From an uncultured Clostridia bacterium (GTDB lineage Bacteria > Bacillota > Clostridia > Oscillospirales > CAG-272): a stretch of DNA of 64,000 nt. How positions within the stretch are numbered: the stretch's first letter is position 1; the number at the start of each line of letters is the position of its first letter. The stretch is from NCBI GenBank assembly GCA_946407735.1, contig CAMJPL010000004.1, positions 6,782 to 70,781 on the forward strand. The letters run 5' to 3'. This document shows, piece after piece, positions 1 through 9,250 of the stretch. A program made the position numbers and the translations under genes. A model generated the notes under the pieces. The model was given only the letters and a program-made list of their open reading frames with translations. It was not told the origin of the DNA and made no database searches.

Positions 1-1121
1 CGTGGTGCGCCACAGGAAGCTATTACTACGGCTCCTACCGCTGGGATCACACCTGGTGCGTGGCCGAGATCGGCGGCGTCGAGTACATTTTCGATCCGCA
101 GATCCAGAACCACACCTACGTCCGCACCGGCGAGATGAGCCATTCGAAGTTCTGCCGCGCAGCGGCTGACGTCGCCGAGAACTACGTCGCCTCCAGCGCC
201 AGATATTTCCGCTACGATGATGGCGATACCTCGCAGACGACCAGCTCGTACAGGATGCAGACCGGAAATCAGGGCAATGTGGATTATGATGTCCCGGCGC
301 CCGAGAAGAAGGCTCAGGAGACACCCGCTCCCGAAGCGAAGAAGCCGGAGACCGAGGCTCAGGCCCCGACTCAGGCACCCGCCGACATCGGCGCTCCGGT
401 AATGCCGGAGGCCGCCGACACGGGACTTGCCGCTCCGTCGGCAAGATCCGGGCTCGAGGTGTACGAGATACTGACCGACGCAGATTTCATGACCGAACCG
501 GCTCAGTCCTACTCGGGCGAGGCCGGAGGATATACCGAGCAGGACATCCTCTCATATCAGCACGGCTTCAACGACGTAGATAACGGCTATGAGTATATAA
601 ACGGCATAAAATACGTCAGCCTCACCGGACTTATGAACGGCATCGAGGAGGGCGTCTTCGCCCCCGACAGCGAGATCACGCGCGCCATGCTCGTCACCGT
701 GCTCGGACGTCTGCTTAAAATCTCCGCCGACGATTATTCCGGAAACACCGGCTTCGAAGACGTCGCCGCCGATTCGTGGTACGCGCCTTACGTCGCGTGG
801 GCTGCCGAAAACGGCATAGTGCTCGGCTACGCCGACGGCACCTTCCGTCCCGACGCCTCCATCACCCGCGAACAGTTCTACGTCGTCTTAAAGCGCCTTC
901 TCGACTATCAGAAATACGACATAACTCCCGGACCGACGATGTTCGCCGACATCGAGTATCTCGACTCATGGGCGTTCGACGCGGTCGCGGCATGCGACGG
1001 CATCAATCTCATCCCGCTGCGCTCGGATCTTCTGCTCATGCCGATGAAGATGCTCAGCCGCGGCGAGCTTGCCGACGCAGTCCTCCGCTTCGCTCTGTTC
1101 AGAGGCGACATCGCACGCTGA
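1..1121 (+). CDS. Cell-surface protein, 5'-truncated at the window edge: end of a transglutaminase-like core, a Pro/Glu/Ala-rich linker, then three SLH repeats
   Basis: The reading frame is open from nt 3 (WCATGSYYYGSYRWDHTWCVAEIGGVEYIFDPQ). Its His...Asp spacing is typical of transglutaminase-like cysteine peptidase cores, so the track's GTG at 60 is internal. The C-terminal half has three SLH-like repeats (FNDVDNG..., FEDVAADSWYAPYVAWAAENGIVLGYADGTFRPDASITREQ..., FADIEYLDSWAFDAV...). Confidence 0.7.
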   Translation, partial: WCATGSYYYGSYRWDHTWCVAEIGGVEYIFDPQIQNHTYVRTGEMSHSKFCRAAADVAENYVASSARYFRYDDGDTSQTTSSYRMQTGNQGNVDYDVPAPEKKAQETPAPEAKKPETEAQAPTQAPADIGAPVMPEAADTGLAAPSARSGLEVYEILTDADFMTEPAQSYSGEAGGYTEQDILSYQHGFNDVDNGYEYINGIKYVSLTGLMNGIEEGVFAPDSEITRAMLVTVLGRLLKISADDYSGNTGFEDVAADSWYAPYVAWAAENGIVLGYADGTFRPDASITREQFYVVLKRLLDYQKYDITPGPTMFADIEYLDSWAFDAVAACDGINLIPLRSDLLLMPMKMLSRGELADAVLRFALFRGDIAR

Positions 1122-1175
1122 GCGAAATAAAATCAAATATATAACGCGCGCGGATCGCACCTGCGCGCCGCATGG

Positions 1176-1210
1176 AAAGACACGATCCGCGAGGAAGTGT
1201 CTTTTTCATT
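1176..1210 (+). terminator. Putative intrinsic terminator after the SLH protein gene
   Basis: Stem gaaagacac / gtgtcttt with a 13-nt loop, followed by a T-rich run (ttttcattt). Confidence 0.5.
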
Positions 1211-1241
1211 TGACAGACCCTGAATATCAAAGAGTGAAAAT

Positions 1242-2633
1242 ATGGATCAGGCTTTGAATACGCAGTCAGAGAACAAATCCGGGCAGAACACCGGCATACC
1301 GAAGACCCTTTTGAGGATCGCCGCCGTAATCGCTTCAGCGGCATTACTCGTCGCGATACCCGAGATGCTCATGCGCTCGTTCCTCAACCGTGAGCTCGCC
1401 TCCGTGCAGGAGGCGTCGAGGAAGGCCGGAGAGGCGGCCGCTCTCGCCGAGGGCAGCGACGACCCGCTCGCGATACGCCTCGCCGAGATCGCCAAGCTCG
1501 AAGCGCAGGAGGCCTTTTATCAGAAATACAAATACCGCGACGACTTCCATTATTACGGCCAGTTCTACGAGATGTACGAGCAGGTCTACGCCGCCGACAC
1601 GATATTCATAGGTACCTCCCACACCTCTCACGGCGTGAACCCTTATTATATCGAACAGGAATACTCCGGCGAGGGAGGCCGCACCTTCTTCAATTTCGGT
1701 CTCAACGGATCGAACCCGAAGTATTACGTCGAGTGGTACAAGCTGTTCAAGGAATCCGGATATCCGAAGCCGAGGACGATAGTCTACTGCGTCGACTGGT
1801 TCATGACGGACGGCGCCGGATGGCTCTGGCGCAACATCCAGTTCGACACCAACCGCGACTGCCCGCAGTATATCGCCTATCATCTCAAGCAGGCTGAGGA
1901 CGAGGCCGCCGCGAAGGCCGCCGCCGAGGCTTTGAGCGCTCCCGAGACCGAGCCGGAGACCGAAGCTCCCGAGCCTGAGCCCGAGACCGACAATCAGCCC
2001 TCCTCCGGCGATGATGAAGAAGCCTTCTTCTCTCTCGACTCATGGCTGACGAAATTCATGAACTCGATGATGATAATCCACAACCGCGACCGCATCCCCG
2101 AGATGATACGCTCGTGGTTCGGCATCGAAGCCGAAGAGACGGAGACCGCCGCCGAGCCTGAGGAAGAGCCGGAGGACGAGCTTCCCCCGCTCCCCGTCTA
2201 CGTACACAATCAGGGCATAGTCGACAACACCGGCGTTCTGACCGACTCGTATTACAAGGGCTTCGCGGCGTGGGAGGCACATTACGGCGGCGGCACCGTG
2301 CATCAGCATTACGCCGACTCGAAGGATCAGTGGAACGCCTTCACCTCGCTCGTCGAGCAGTTCCTTGACGACGGGATCGAGGTCATATTCGTCGAGGTAC
2401 CGGAATATGTCGAGGGGCGCGAGGTTACCGGAAACTGGGACATAAAGTCCAACGAGCGCCTCGCCGACTACGCCTGGGAGATGGACATCCCCTTCCTCAA
2501 CTACAATGAGGAGGACAATCACATAAACACCGATTACACCTACTATTCCGACTGGGGTCACATGAACGCCGACGGCGCCGAGGAATTCTCGAAGGTGCTT
2601 ATAAAGGACCTTGAGAAGACATGGAAAAAGTGA
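1242..2633 (+). CDS. Membrane-anchored SGNH/DltD-like (DUF1574-like) protein with an acidic Pro/Glu/Thr insert
   Basis: N-terminal TM helix (LLRIAAVIASAALLVAIPEML). Block I-like IFIGTSHTSHGVNP and a C-terminal SDWGHMNADGAEEFS motif resemble SGNH-fold O-acyl hydrolase/transferase accessory proteins. Low-complexity PETEPETEAPEPEPETD linker. The family assignment is from memory only. Confidence 0.45.
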   Translation: MDQALNTQSENKSGQNTGIPKTLLRIAAVIASAALLVAIPEMLMRSFLNRELASVQEASRKAGEAAALAEGSDDPLAIRLAEIAKLEAQEAFYQKYKYRDDFHYYGQFYEMYEQVYAADTIFIGTSHTSHGVNPYYIEQEYSGEGGRTFFNFGLNGSNPKYYVEWYKLFKESGYPKPRTIVYCVDWFMTDGAGWLWRNIQFDTNRDCPQYIAYHLKQAEDEAAAKAAAEALSAPETEPETEAPEPEPETDNQPSSGDDEEAFFSLDSWLTKFMNSMMIIHNRDRIPEMIRSWFGIEAEETETAAEPEEEPEDELPPLPVYVHNQGIVDNTGVLTDSYYKGFAAWEAHYGGGTVHQHYADSKDQWNAFTSLVEQFLDDGIEVIFVEVPEYVEGREVTGNWDIKSNERLADYAWEMDIPFLNYNEEDNHINTDYTYYSDWGHMNADGAEEFSKVLIKDLEKTWKK

Positions 2634-2648
2634 GAAAGGGAGAGATTC

Positions 2649-3578
2649 ATGCCTGAAAAATACACCTGCGGGATCGGCGACATAATATCGAAATTCTCGC
2701 TCGAAACGCTTTACATGCCCGACCGCGAGATCAAGATCGAGAGCATGGACATCAACCGTCCCGGTCTTGCGCTTACCGGCTTCACCGGGCATTTCGACAA
2801 CAAAAGGATCCAGATCCTCGGAAAGAGCGAGCATCAGTATCTGCAGGAGCTGACCGACTCGGAGCGTGAAAAGCATCTTGAGACGTTCATGGCGCTGCAG
2901 CCTCCGGCGCTTATCTACTCGAGCTCGCTCGACCCGTCATCCGGCGTCATCGACTGCGCCGCCCGGCATGAGATCCCCGTCCTTCGCTCGGCCGAGAACA
3001 CCTCCGATCTCGTCGCCATGGTGCTCGCCGAGCTCAGGGTCCTTCTTGCGCCCCGCATCACAAGACACGGCGTGCTGGTCGAGGTGTACGGCGAAGGCAT
3101 ACTGATCTTCGGCGACAGCGGGATCGGCAAATCCGAGACGGCGATCGAGCTCGTCAAGCGCGGACACCGCCTAATCGCCGACGACGCCGTCGAGATAAAG
3201 AAGGTCTCGGCGAAGACCCTCGTCGGCTCGGCTCCCGAGCTGATAAAGCACTACGTCGAGCTGAGAGGCATCGGCATCATCGACGTCTCGCGCACCTTCG
3301 GCATAGGCGCTATAAAGGACACCGAGAAGATAGACATGATCGTGAACCTCGAGCCGTGGGTACAGGGGAAGATGTACGACCGCTTCTCCGGCGACGAGGA
3401 ATCCATCGACATCATGGGCATCAAGGTGCCGATGACGACGATACCGGTCAAGACCGGCCGTAACCTCGCCGTCATCATAGAGATCGCCGCGATAAACAAC
3501 CGCCAGAAGAAGATGGGCTACAACACGGCCGAGGAGTTCAACCAGAAGCTGATAGCCAGCATGGAAAACGGCGGCTGA
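2649..3578 (+). CDS. hprK: HPr kinase/phosphorylase
   Basis: Walker-A-like GDSGIGKSETAIELVKRGHRLIADDAVEI and the full-length HprK pattern. RBS gaaagggaga lies upstream of the ATG, 15 nt after the preceding gene. Confidence 0.95.
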   Translation: MPEKYTCGIGDIISKFSLETLYMPDREIKIESMDINRPGLALTGFTGHFDNKRIQILGKSEHQYLQELTDSEREKHLETFMALQPPALIYSSSLDPSSGVIDCAARHEIPVLRSAENTSDLVAMVLAELRVLLAPRITRHGVLVEVYGEGILIFGDSGIGKSETAIELVKRGHRLIADDAVEIKKVSAKTLVGSAPELIKHYVELRGIGIIDVSRTFGIGAIKDTEKIDMIVNLEPWVQGKMYDRFSGDEESIDIMGIKVPMTTIPVKTGRNLAVIIEIAAINNRQKKMGYNTAEEFNQKLIASMENGG

Positions 3579-3728
3579 CGGCGCTTCGGCACCATTTCAC
3601 ACCATGTCATCCGCTGTGATAAAGCACAGCCGGAAGATAATTTCCCGCCGATTTCACATTTTTTCATTATTTTCCACATTTTCAGGGCGGATACGGCGGT
3701 ATTATTTGATTTTTTTACTCTATCTCTC

Positions 3729-3757
3729 TTGCATTTCAGACAAAAGAGTGATATAAT
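3729..3757 (+). promoter_or_regulatory. Sigma-70-type promoter for the Gfo/Idh/MocA oxidoreductase gene
   Basis: TTGCAT (3729-3734), 17-nt spacer, TATAAT (3752-3757), with an upstream TG (tgatataat). Confidence 0.65.
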
Positions 3758-3825
3758 CTTATCGAAAGAGAATCAGCTTCTCTTATCTGTAACGCATCAA
3801 ATAACAATCTCATGAGGTAACAATC

Positions 3826-4971
3826 ATGGCAGATGAAGTACTGAGCCAGTTCACACAGCAGGTCGACACCGAAGCCAAGGTCGACACATCAAAAAAGCTG
3901 AAGGTCGGCATCATCGGCACCGGATGGATCGCCGAGTCCCACATTCAGTCCTATAAGAATATGCCCGACGTGGAAGTCGTGGCCGCCGCCGACCTCATCC
4001 CCGGCAAGGCCGAGGCCTTCATGAAGAAGTTCGGCGTCGAGGGCGTCCGCTTCTATCCGTCCCACAAGGAGCTCATCGACAACGAAGAGCTCGACGCCGT
4101 CTCCGTCTGCACCTACAACCGTCAGCACGCCGCTCCGACCATCTACGCTCTCGAGCACGGCGTGAACGTTCTCCTTGAGAAGCCGTTCACCGTCACTCTC
4201 GACGAGGCCGTCGAGGTCATGAGAGCCGAGAAGAAGTCCGGCAAGGTCCTTTCCATCGGCTTCCAGCCGCGTTTCGACGCCAACATGCAGCAGATAAAGA
4301 AGATCGTCCAGTCCGGCGCTCTCGGCGAGGTCTACTACATCCAGACCGGCGGCGGACGCCGCCGCGGCATCCCGAACAGCACCTTCATCGAGGACAAGAC
4401 CGCCGGCGTCGGCGCTCTCGGCGATATCGGCTGCTATTCTCTGGATATGGTCCTGAACGCTGTCGGATATCCGAAGCCTCTCACCGTTTCCGGCTACACC
4501 TCCAACTTCTTCGGCACCTCCACCGATTACGAGTCCGAGTATGACGCCAAGCGCTTCTCGGTCGACGATTTCGGCGCCGCTTTCATCCGTCTCGAGGGCG
4601 GTATAATCCTTGACTTCCGTATCTCCTGGGCTATGCATATGGACACCCCCGGCGATACCATCATCCTCGGCAAGAAGGCCGGTCTGCGCATCCCGTCCAC
4701 CGACTGCTGGAACGGCTCCGTCGGCGGCCCGATGAAGATCTACACCGACATCGCCGGCGAGCAGGTCGAGACCGTTATCCCGATCCTCCAGAATCAGGGC
4801 AAGATGGGCCTCTTCGACAAGAAGATCCGCTCCTTCCTCGACGCTGTCAAGACCGGCGGTCCGTCCCCCGTTCCGTCCAGCCAGATCATCTACAACCAGG
4901 CCATTATCGACGGCGTCGTGAAGTCCGCCAAGCTCGGCAAGGAAATCGACATCGTCATCCCGGAGATCTGA
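3826..4971 (+). CDS. Gfo/Idh/MocA family NAD(P)-dependent oxidoreductase
   Basis: N-terminal Rossmann motif KVGIIGTGWIAESHIQSY, an EKP motif (LLEKPFT), and the family's typical C-terminal alpha/beta domain. RBS GAGGT lies 7 nt upstream. Confidence 0.9.
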   Translation: MADEVLSQFTQQVDTEAKVDTSKKLKVGIIGTGWIAESHIQSYKNMPDVEVVAAADLIPGKAEAFMKKFGVEGVRFYPSHKELIDNEELDAVSVCTYNRQHAAPTIYALEHGVNVLLEKPFTVTLDEAVEVMRAEKKSGKVLSIGFQPRFDANMQQIKKIVQSGALGEVYYIQTGGGRRRGIPNSTFIEDKTAGVGALGDIGCYSLDMVLNAVGYPKPLTVSGYTSNFFGTSTDYESEYDAKRFSVDDFGAAFIRLEGGIILDFRISWAMHMDTPGDTIILGKKAGLRIPSTDCWNGSVGGPMKIYTDIAGEQVETVIPILQNQGKMGLFDKKIRSFLDAVKTGGPSPVPSSQIIYNQAIIDGVVKSAKLGKEIDIVIPEI

Positions 4972-5010
4972 GCTTTATAAACGAAAACACTTCCATTAGG
5001 ATTGCGCCTG

Positions 5011-5038
5011 AAGGCCGGATGAAATTTCCGGCCTTTAT
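5011..5038 (+). terminator. Intrinsic terminator after the oxidoreductase gene
   Basis: Perfect 9-bp stem aaggccgga / tccggcctt, followed by a T-containing tail. Confidence 0.55.
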
Positions 5039-5136
5039 GGCGTAAATATAAGACAAAGCATTATTTTGCGCGCCTGCCGGACCGCTTTTCATCCTTTTTT
5101 GCAGGCGCGCCGGATACCGCCCGATCGGAGTCAATA

Positions 5137-6537
5137 ATGTCGGCTAAACACATGAAGATCCTGTCGCTGATTTTCGCGACAATCCTGCTCGTAATCCCCG
5201 TCGTCGCCTGCAACGTCGATTTCAATTCGGCCCCTCTTGAGACCGATCCTCCCGTGACTCGTCCGAGGACCACGACAGCCGCCGTAACGACGACTGTCGC
5301 CGAGACCACGACCAAGAAGGAGACCACGACCGCCGAGACCACCACCGAGCCTCCTCAGGTCCCGAGCTCGACGATCCCTGTCGATACCGCCTCCTACGAC
5401 GCCCAGACCTCCCGCCCGAAGGTCATCGCCCGCGTCAATACGGCTCCCGACGAGATAGTCATAGCCGGAAGCTGCGAGAAAAACTCGACGATCATAGTAC
5501 GCGGCGGCGAGCACGACGTAGCCTTCAAATCGTCCGACATTTACTTCATGGGAACCGTTCCGCTGTACGCCTGGGGCGAGACCGAGCTCAAGATCTACGC
5601 TCAGGCCGAGGGCAAGGCCGAGAGCGATCCGTTCACGCTTGTCGCCGCGTATGACAAATACGCCACCGGGCTGAGAGACGACAGATTTGAGGTCGTCATG
5701 GGCCTCGACTCGCAGGGCCATTTCGTTTCGGCGCTCGAGGACTGGCTCGGCGAGAACCTCATATCCGACAAGCAGCTCGAGTTCATCACAAAGGAAACCA
5801 AGAGCCGCGTCGAATGGCTCAAGGAAAACACCGGCGGCGAGCTTATCTACCTCATAGTCCCCGACTCGATGACGCTCTATCCCGAGACGGTGCCGTCAAA
5901 ATACAAGGAAGCCTCCGTCAAGCGCAGCCAGCAGTTCGTAGACGCTCTTAAGGCTGGCGGAGCGACGATCATCGACCCGCTCCCGGCGCTTCAGCAGCAC
6001 AAATCCGATCCGCTCAAGCTGTTCCACAAGACCGACTCGCACTGGACCGAGTACGGAGCCTTCGTGGCTTACACCGAGCTGTTCAACTACATCTCAAAGA
6101 CCTTCCCCGAGGCCGCTCCGCGCGATTTCTCCGAATTCGGCTTCCACACCTCCGACTGTGACGGCGGCGATATGCCGTACTACCTCGAGTTCGATACGGC
6201 GGTAGTGCGCGAGGTCGCCGTATTCGCCGACTATCAGTTCATAGAGGCCACTCCGAAATTCGCCGGAGAAAATCAGCTTCTGATGAATCACAATACCACT
6301 CCGAAGGCGAAGCTCTTCGAGAACAACAACGACAAGCTGCCGAATCTCGTCGTCTACCGCGACAGCTACGGCATCGCGATGTACGATATGGTGCGCGACC
6401 GCTGCAATATCTGCGATTATATCGGCATGTGGGATTACGGCTTCGACAAGAACGAGATCAAAAAATACGACGCCGACTATGTGCTCGTCATACTTGCCGA
6501 GCGCGACATAGGCGACGCCATGGATTATTTCGGATAA
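5137..6537 (+). CDS. Lipoprotein, DHHW/AlgX-AlgJ-like SGNH-fold protein (putative polysaccharide O-acylation accessory protein)
   Basis: Lipobox-like LLVIPVVAC, a Thr-rich linker (TTTAAVTTTVAETTTKKETTTAETTTEPP), and a HKTDSHWTEYGAFVAY motif like the D-x-H-W motif of DHHW/AlgJ-type proteins. Confidence 0.6.
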   Translation: MSAKHMKILSLIFATILLVIPVVACNVDFNSAPLETDPPVTRPRTTTAAVTTTVAETTTKKETTTAETTTEPPQVPSSTIPVDTASYDAQTSRPKVIARVNTAPDEIVIAGSCEKNSTIIVRGGEHDVAFKSSDIYFMGTVPLYAWGETELKIYAQAEGKAESDPFTLVAAYDKYATGLRDDRFEVVMGLDSQGHFVSALEDWLGENLISDKQLEFITKETKSRVEWLKENTGGELIYLIVPDSMTLYPETVPSKYKEASVKRSQQFVDALKAGGATIIDPLPALQQHKSDPLKLFHKTDSHWTEYGAFVAYTELFNYISKTFPEAAPRDFSEFGFHTSDCDGGDMPYYLEFDTAVVREVAVFADYQFIEATPKFAGENQLLMNHNTTPKAKLFENNNDKLPNLVVYRDSYGIAMYDMVRDRCNICDYIGMWDYGFDKNEIKKYDADYVLVILAERDIGDAMDYFG

Positions 6538-6547
6538 GCGCTGTATT

Positions 6548-7726
6548 TCACACGGCTCCTTCGTTTGAGGGAGCCGTTTTTTCATCCCGTGATATATATA
6601 CCCTTCCCTTCGCCGCCCATCCGGCCTCCCTCGCCGGTCTGAAGCAGAGCGAATACAGCTCCTCGGCTGACACAAGTATCCTGTCGTCCGCTTCGGCCGG
6701 ACGGCTGATGATCTTTATCCGCGAGCGCTTTTTCATCCCGCGCAGAAGAGGCATCCCTCCCGGTCCGGCAGCGAGCAGCAGCGCGTATCCGGGCGGCGCG
6801 GAGTAATCGGAGGCTTTGACGCCGAGAAAACAGGAGAGCAGCGTCCTTCTCGCCCTCGCGAGCGATATGCCCTTCCCCGACACCGCTCTCACGAGCTCGT
6901 CCCAGCTGCCTGCCTCCCTCGCCGATTTAATTATGAGATTCTCGCTCCCGCCGCCGACGTCAGCAATATCTGTCAGCTTCTCCGGGTCCGCCGTCCGGAG
7001 CCGCCATGCTATCGCCGGGAAGGCGTTTTCCATATCCGCCGCAGGCGAGCCGAGCATATCCGACATGCCGGGCGGGACCATTGAGGAAAGCGCTCCTGAA
7101 TCCCCGCTCCTTATCGCTGTCCTCGCGGCGGTAGCGCTCCATCCCTCCTGCCTGTCGATGAAAACAGGCTCGATCCCGGAGCCTATCCTGTCAATCGCCG
7201 TAAGATACTCCACGGCGAGGATATCGTTCGGAGCGTCCGGCATATCTTCGCCGTACAGCTGTTGGTACGCTTCGCCCTTTGATTCAATATACGACCCGCC
7301 GCCGGAAGCCGAAAGCCTCTCCCTCAGGGCCGCTTCGAATCCGGGAGACGACATCCTCGCCGCAGCTTCCGTCAGTCTCGCGCCGCTTCCCGGAGAGCAT
7401 CCGAAGGCGAGATGCGTGAACACTCCGAGCGAATCGATCAGCCCGACACCGCCTCGCGCGAATCTCTCGGCGGCTCCGAACGAATACGGCGGCGGCAGCT
7501 CGATGACAAGATCGAATCCGCACCTGACCGCCAGCTCCGCCCTTTTGTACTTATCGTACACCGCGCATTCGCCGCGCTGCACGAATTCCCCGCTCATAAC
7601 GGCGCAGACGGCGGCTCCCGGCAGGCGCTGCCGTATCATCGACAGCAGCCGCAGATGCCCGTTGTGCAGAGGATTCAACTCGCAGATGACGGCGGCGGCC
7701 TGCGCGGCGGGCGAATATTTAGACAT
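6548..7726 (-). CDS. tmcAL: tRNA(Met) cytidine acetate ligase (YlbM/UPF0348 nucleotidyltransferase family)
   Basis: AAVICELNPLHNGHLRLL...AVMSGEFVQRGECAV...DLVIELPPPYS matches the B. subtilis YlbM/TmcAL N-terminal HxGH nucleotidyltransferase pattern. I placed the start at the MSKYSP ATG (7726) rather than at the top of the ORF (7822). Confidence 0.75.
   Translation of the reverse strand: MSKYSPAAQAAAVICELNPLHNGHLRLLSMIRQRLPGAAVCAVMSGEFVQRGECAVYDKYKRAELAVRCGFDLVIELPPPYSFGAAERFARGGVGLIDSLGVFTHLAFGCSPGSGARLTEAAARMSSPGFEAALRERLSASGGGSYIESKGEAYQQLYGEDMPDAPNDILAVEYLTAIDRIGSGIEPVFIDRQEGWSATAARTAIRSGDSGALSSMVPPGMSDMLGSPAADMENAFPAIAWRLRTADPEKLTDIADVGGGSENLIIKSAREAGSWDELVRAVSGKGISLARARRTLLSCFLGVKASDYSAPPGYALLLAAGPGGMPLLRGMKKRSRIKIISRPAEADDRILVSAEELYSLCFRPAREAGWAAKGRVYISRDEKTAPSNEGAV
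6552..6583 (+). terminator. Intrinsic terminator after the DHHW-like gene; it overlaps the 3' end of the convergent tmcAL ORF
   Basis: Stem acggctcc / ggagccgt (8 bp, 10-nt loop), followed by tttttt. Confidence 0.6.
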
Positions 7727-7759
7727 AAAGTAAACTCTCCCGAATTTTGCGGTTTTGTC

Positions 7760-7788
7760 TTGATTTAACAAAAAAAATGTAGTATAAT
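7760..7788 (+). promoter_or_regulatory. Sigma-70-type promoter for ackA
   Basis: TTGATT (7760-7765), 17-nt spacer, TATAAT (7783-7788). Confidence 0.6.
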
Positions 7789-7870
7789 ATCGTGTATATG
7801 TCAGCTTCGTGTTATATTTCACATCAAAAACGGAGCCTCAAACACAATATCAGGATACAGAGGATCAATC

Positions 7871-9106
7871 ATGAAAGTACTTGTAGTAAACGCCGGCAGT
7901 TCCTCGCTGAAATATCAGCTTTTCGACACCGAGAAGGAAGCCGTGCTGGCCAAAGGCATATGCGAGCGCATCGGCATCGACGGGCGCATCGAGCACCGCA
8001 AGGGCGAGAACGGCGAGAAGCTTAAGAAGGACATCCCGATGCCCGATCACAGCGTCGCCACCAAGATCGTCGTCGATTACCTGACAGATCCGGAAACCGG
8101 CGTCATCAAGTCGATGGACGAGATCGAGGCTGTCGGCCACCGCATCGTATCCGGCGGTCCTTACTTCTTCGAGAGCGTTCTCATCACCGACGAGGTCATG
8201 GAAAAGCTCAATCTCTGCGTTCCCTTCGCTCCGCTCCACACCCCGGCTCATCTGATGGGCATCCGCGGCTGCATGGCCGTTATGCCGAAGACCCCGCAGG
8301 TACTGGTATTCGATACCGCCTTCCACACCACCATACCGCCGAAGGCCGGGACCTTCCCGATCTCGAAGGACATCCGCGAGAAGTATTCTATCCGCCGCTA
8401 CGGCGCTCACGGCACCTCTCACCGCTTCGTGGCGAACGAGATGATAAAGATCCTCGCCGAGACGAAGGGCATGAAGAAGGAAGACACCAAGATCGTGACC
8501 TGCCACATCGGCAACGGCGCGTCCATTTCCGCCGTCAAGGGCGGCGTCTGCCTCGACACCTCGATGGGCTTCACTCCCCTCGCCGGCATCGAGATGGGCA
8601 CCCGCTGCGGCTCTATCGATCCGTCCGTCGTCACCTACATCATGAAGAACGAGGGCTGGACCCCCGATCAGATGGACGACTACATGAACCACAAGTGCGG
8701 ATTCCTCGGCGTGACCGGCGGCTTCTCCTCCGACTCCCGCGATCTTGAGAAGGCGATAGCCGAGAACGATCCCGAGCATAAGGACGACGCCGTGCTCGCC
8801 ACCTCGATCATGGCTTATCAGGTCCAGAAGTACATCGGCTCCTACGCCGCCGCTATGAACGGCCTCGACGCCGTCGTCTTCACCGCCGGCATGGGCGAAA
8901 ACAACCCCGAGCTCCGCGACCGCGCCTGCTCCAACATGGAGTATTTCGGCATCGAGATCGACAAGAAGCTGAATGCCGTCTCTCACCATCAGCCCAATAT
9001 CGTGAAACTCTCCACCGACAACTCCAAGGTCGCCGTCTACCTGATCCCGACCAACGAGGAATACATGATAGCCTCCGACACCGAAGCGATCGTCAAGGCT
9101 CTGTAA
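7871..9106 (+). CDS. ackA: Acetate kinase
   Basis: MKVLVVNAGSSSLKYQLF N-terminus and full-length acetate kinase similarity (GAHGTSHRF, TCHIGNGASI). RBS AGAGGA. Confidence 0.97.
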   Translation: MKVLVVNAGSSSLKYQLFDTEKEAVLAKGICERIGIDGRIEHRKGENGEKLKKDIPMPDHSVATKIVVDYLTDPETGVIKSMDEIEAVGHRIVSGGPYFFESVLITDEVMEKLNLCVPFAPLHTPAHLMGIRGCMAVMPKTPQVLVFDTAFHTTIPPKAGTFPISKDIREKYSIRRYGAHGTSHRFVANEMIKILAETKGMKKEDTKIVTCHIGNGASISAVKGGVCLDTSMGFTPLAGIEMGTRCGSIDPSVVTYIMKNEGWTPDQMDDYMNHKCGFLGVTGGFSSDSRDLEKAIAENDPEHKDDAVLATSIMAYQVQKYIGSYAAAMNGLDAVVFTAGMGENNPELRDRACSNMEYFGIEIDKKLNAVSHHQPNIVKLSTDNSKVAVYLIPTNEEYMIASDTEAIVKAL

Positions 9107-9128
9107 AATTCAAGATAACTGTTTATAC

Positions 9129-9204
9129 GCGGGGGAAGGAACCACCTTCTGAAGAAGGTGGTTCCTTCCCCCGCACCCCTATCTTCCGACAAGACTTTTA
9201 CTAC
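9129..9204 (+). repeat. Intergenic repeat family, copy 1 (hairpin + conserved tail)
   Basis: Perfect 21-bp stem gcgggggaaggaaccaccttc / gaaggtggttccttcccccgc with loop tgaa, then acccctatcttccgacaagacttttactac. It starts 22 nt after the ackA stop. Confidence 0.8.
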
Positions 9205-9224
9205 TTAACTGATATTATATATAA

Positions 9225-9250
9225 GAAAACCGTGAGAAGCGGTTTTTATA
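9225..9250. terminator. Short bidirectional hairpin between ackA and the convergent amidohydrolase gene
   Basis: aaaaccg tgagaag cggtttt, flanked by A-run and T-run. Confidence 0.45.

Noticed and set aside
5068-5110. Perfect 10-bp GC stem (gcgcgcctgc / gcaggcgcgc) with a 23-nt T-rich loop in the 5' region of the DHHW-like gene
   Set aside because: It could be a leader structure or the remnant of a terminator. It is a single occurrence with no covariation evidence and no recognisable riboswitch or attenuator features.
6816-7733. 305-aa ORF antisense to tmcAL. The same class of ORF occurs at 13507-14472, 27608-28525, 48112-49077, 59815-60729, 28789-29544, 30234-30983 and 61811-62575.
   Set aside because: Each overlaps a confidently assigned gene on the other strand. 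All have Ser/Pro/Ala/Arg-rich low-complexity translations and lack RBS or promoter signals.
7865-8989. 374-aa ORF antisense to ackA
   Set aside because: It lies fully inside, and opposite to, a confidently identified acetate kinase gene. The protein is low-complexity and Gly/Ala/Asp/Val-rich with no recognisable motifs. This is the typical stop-codon-poor antisense frame of a high-GC gene.
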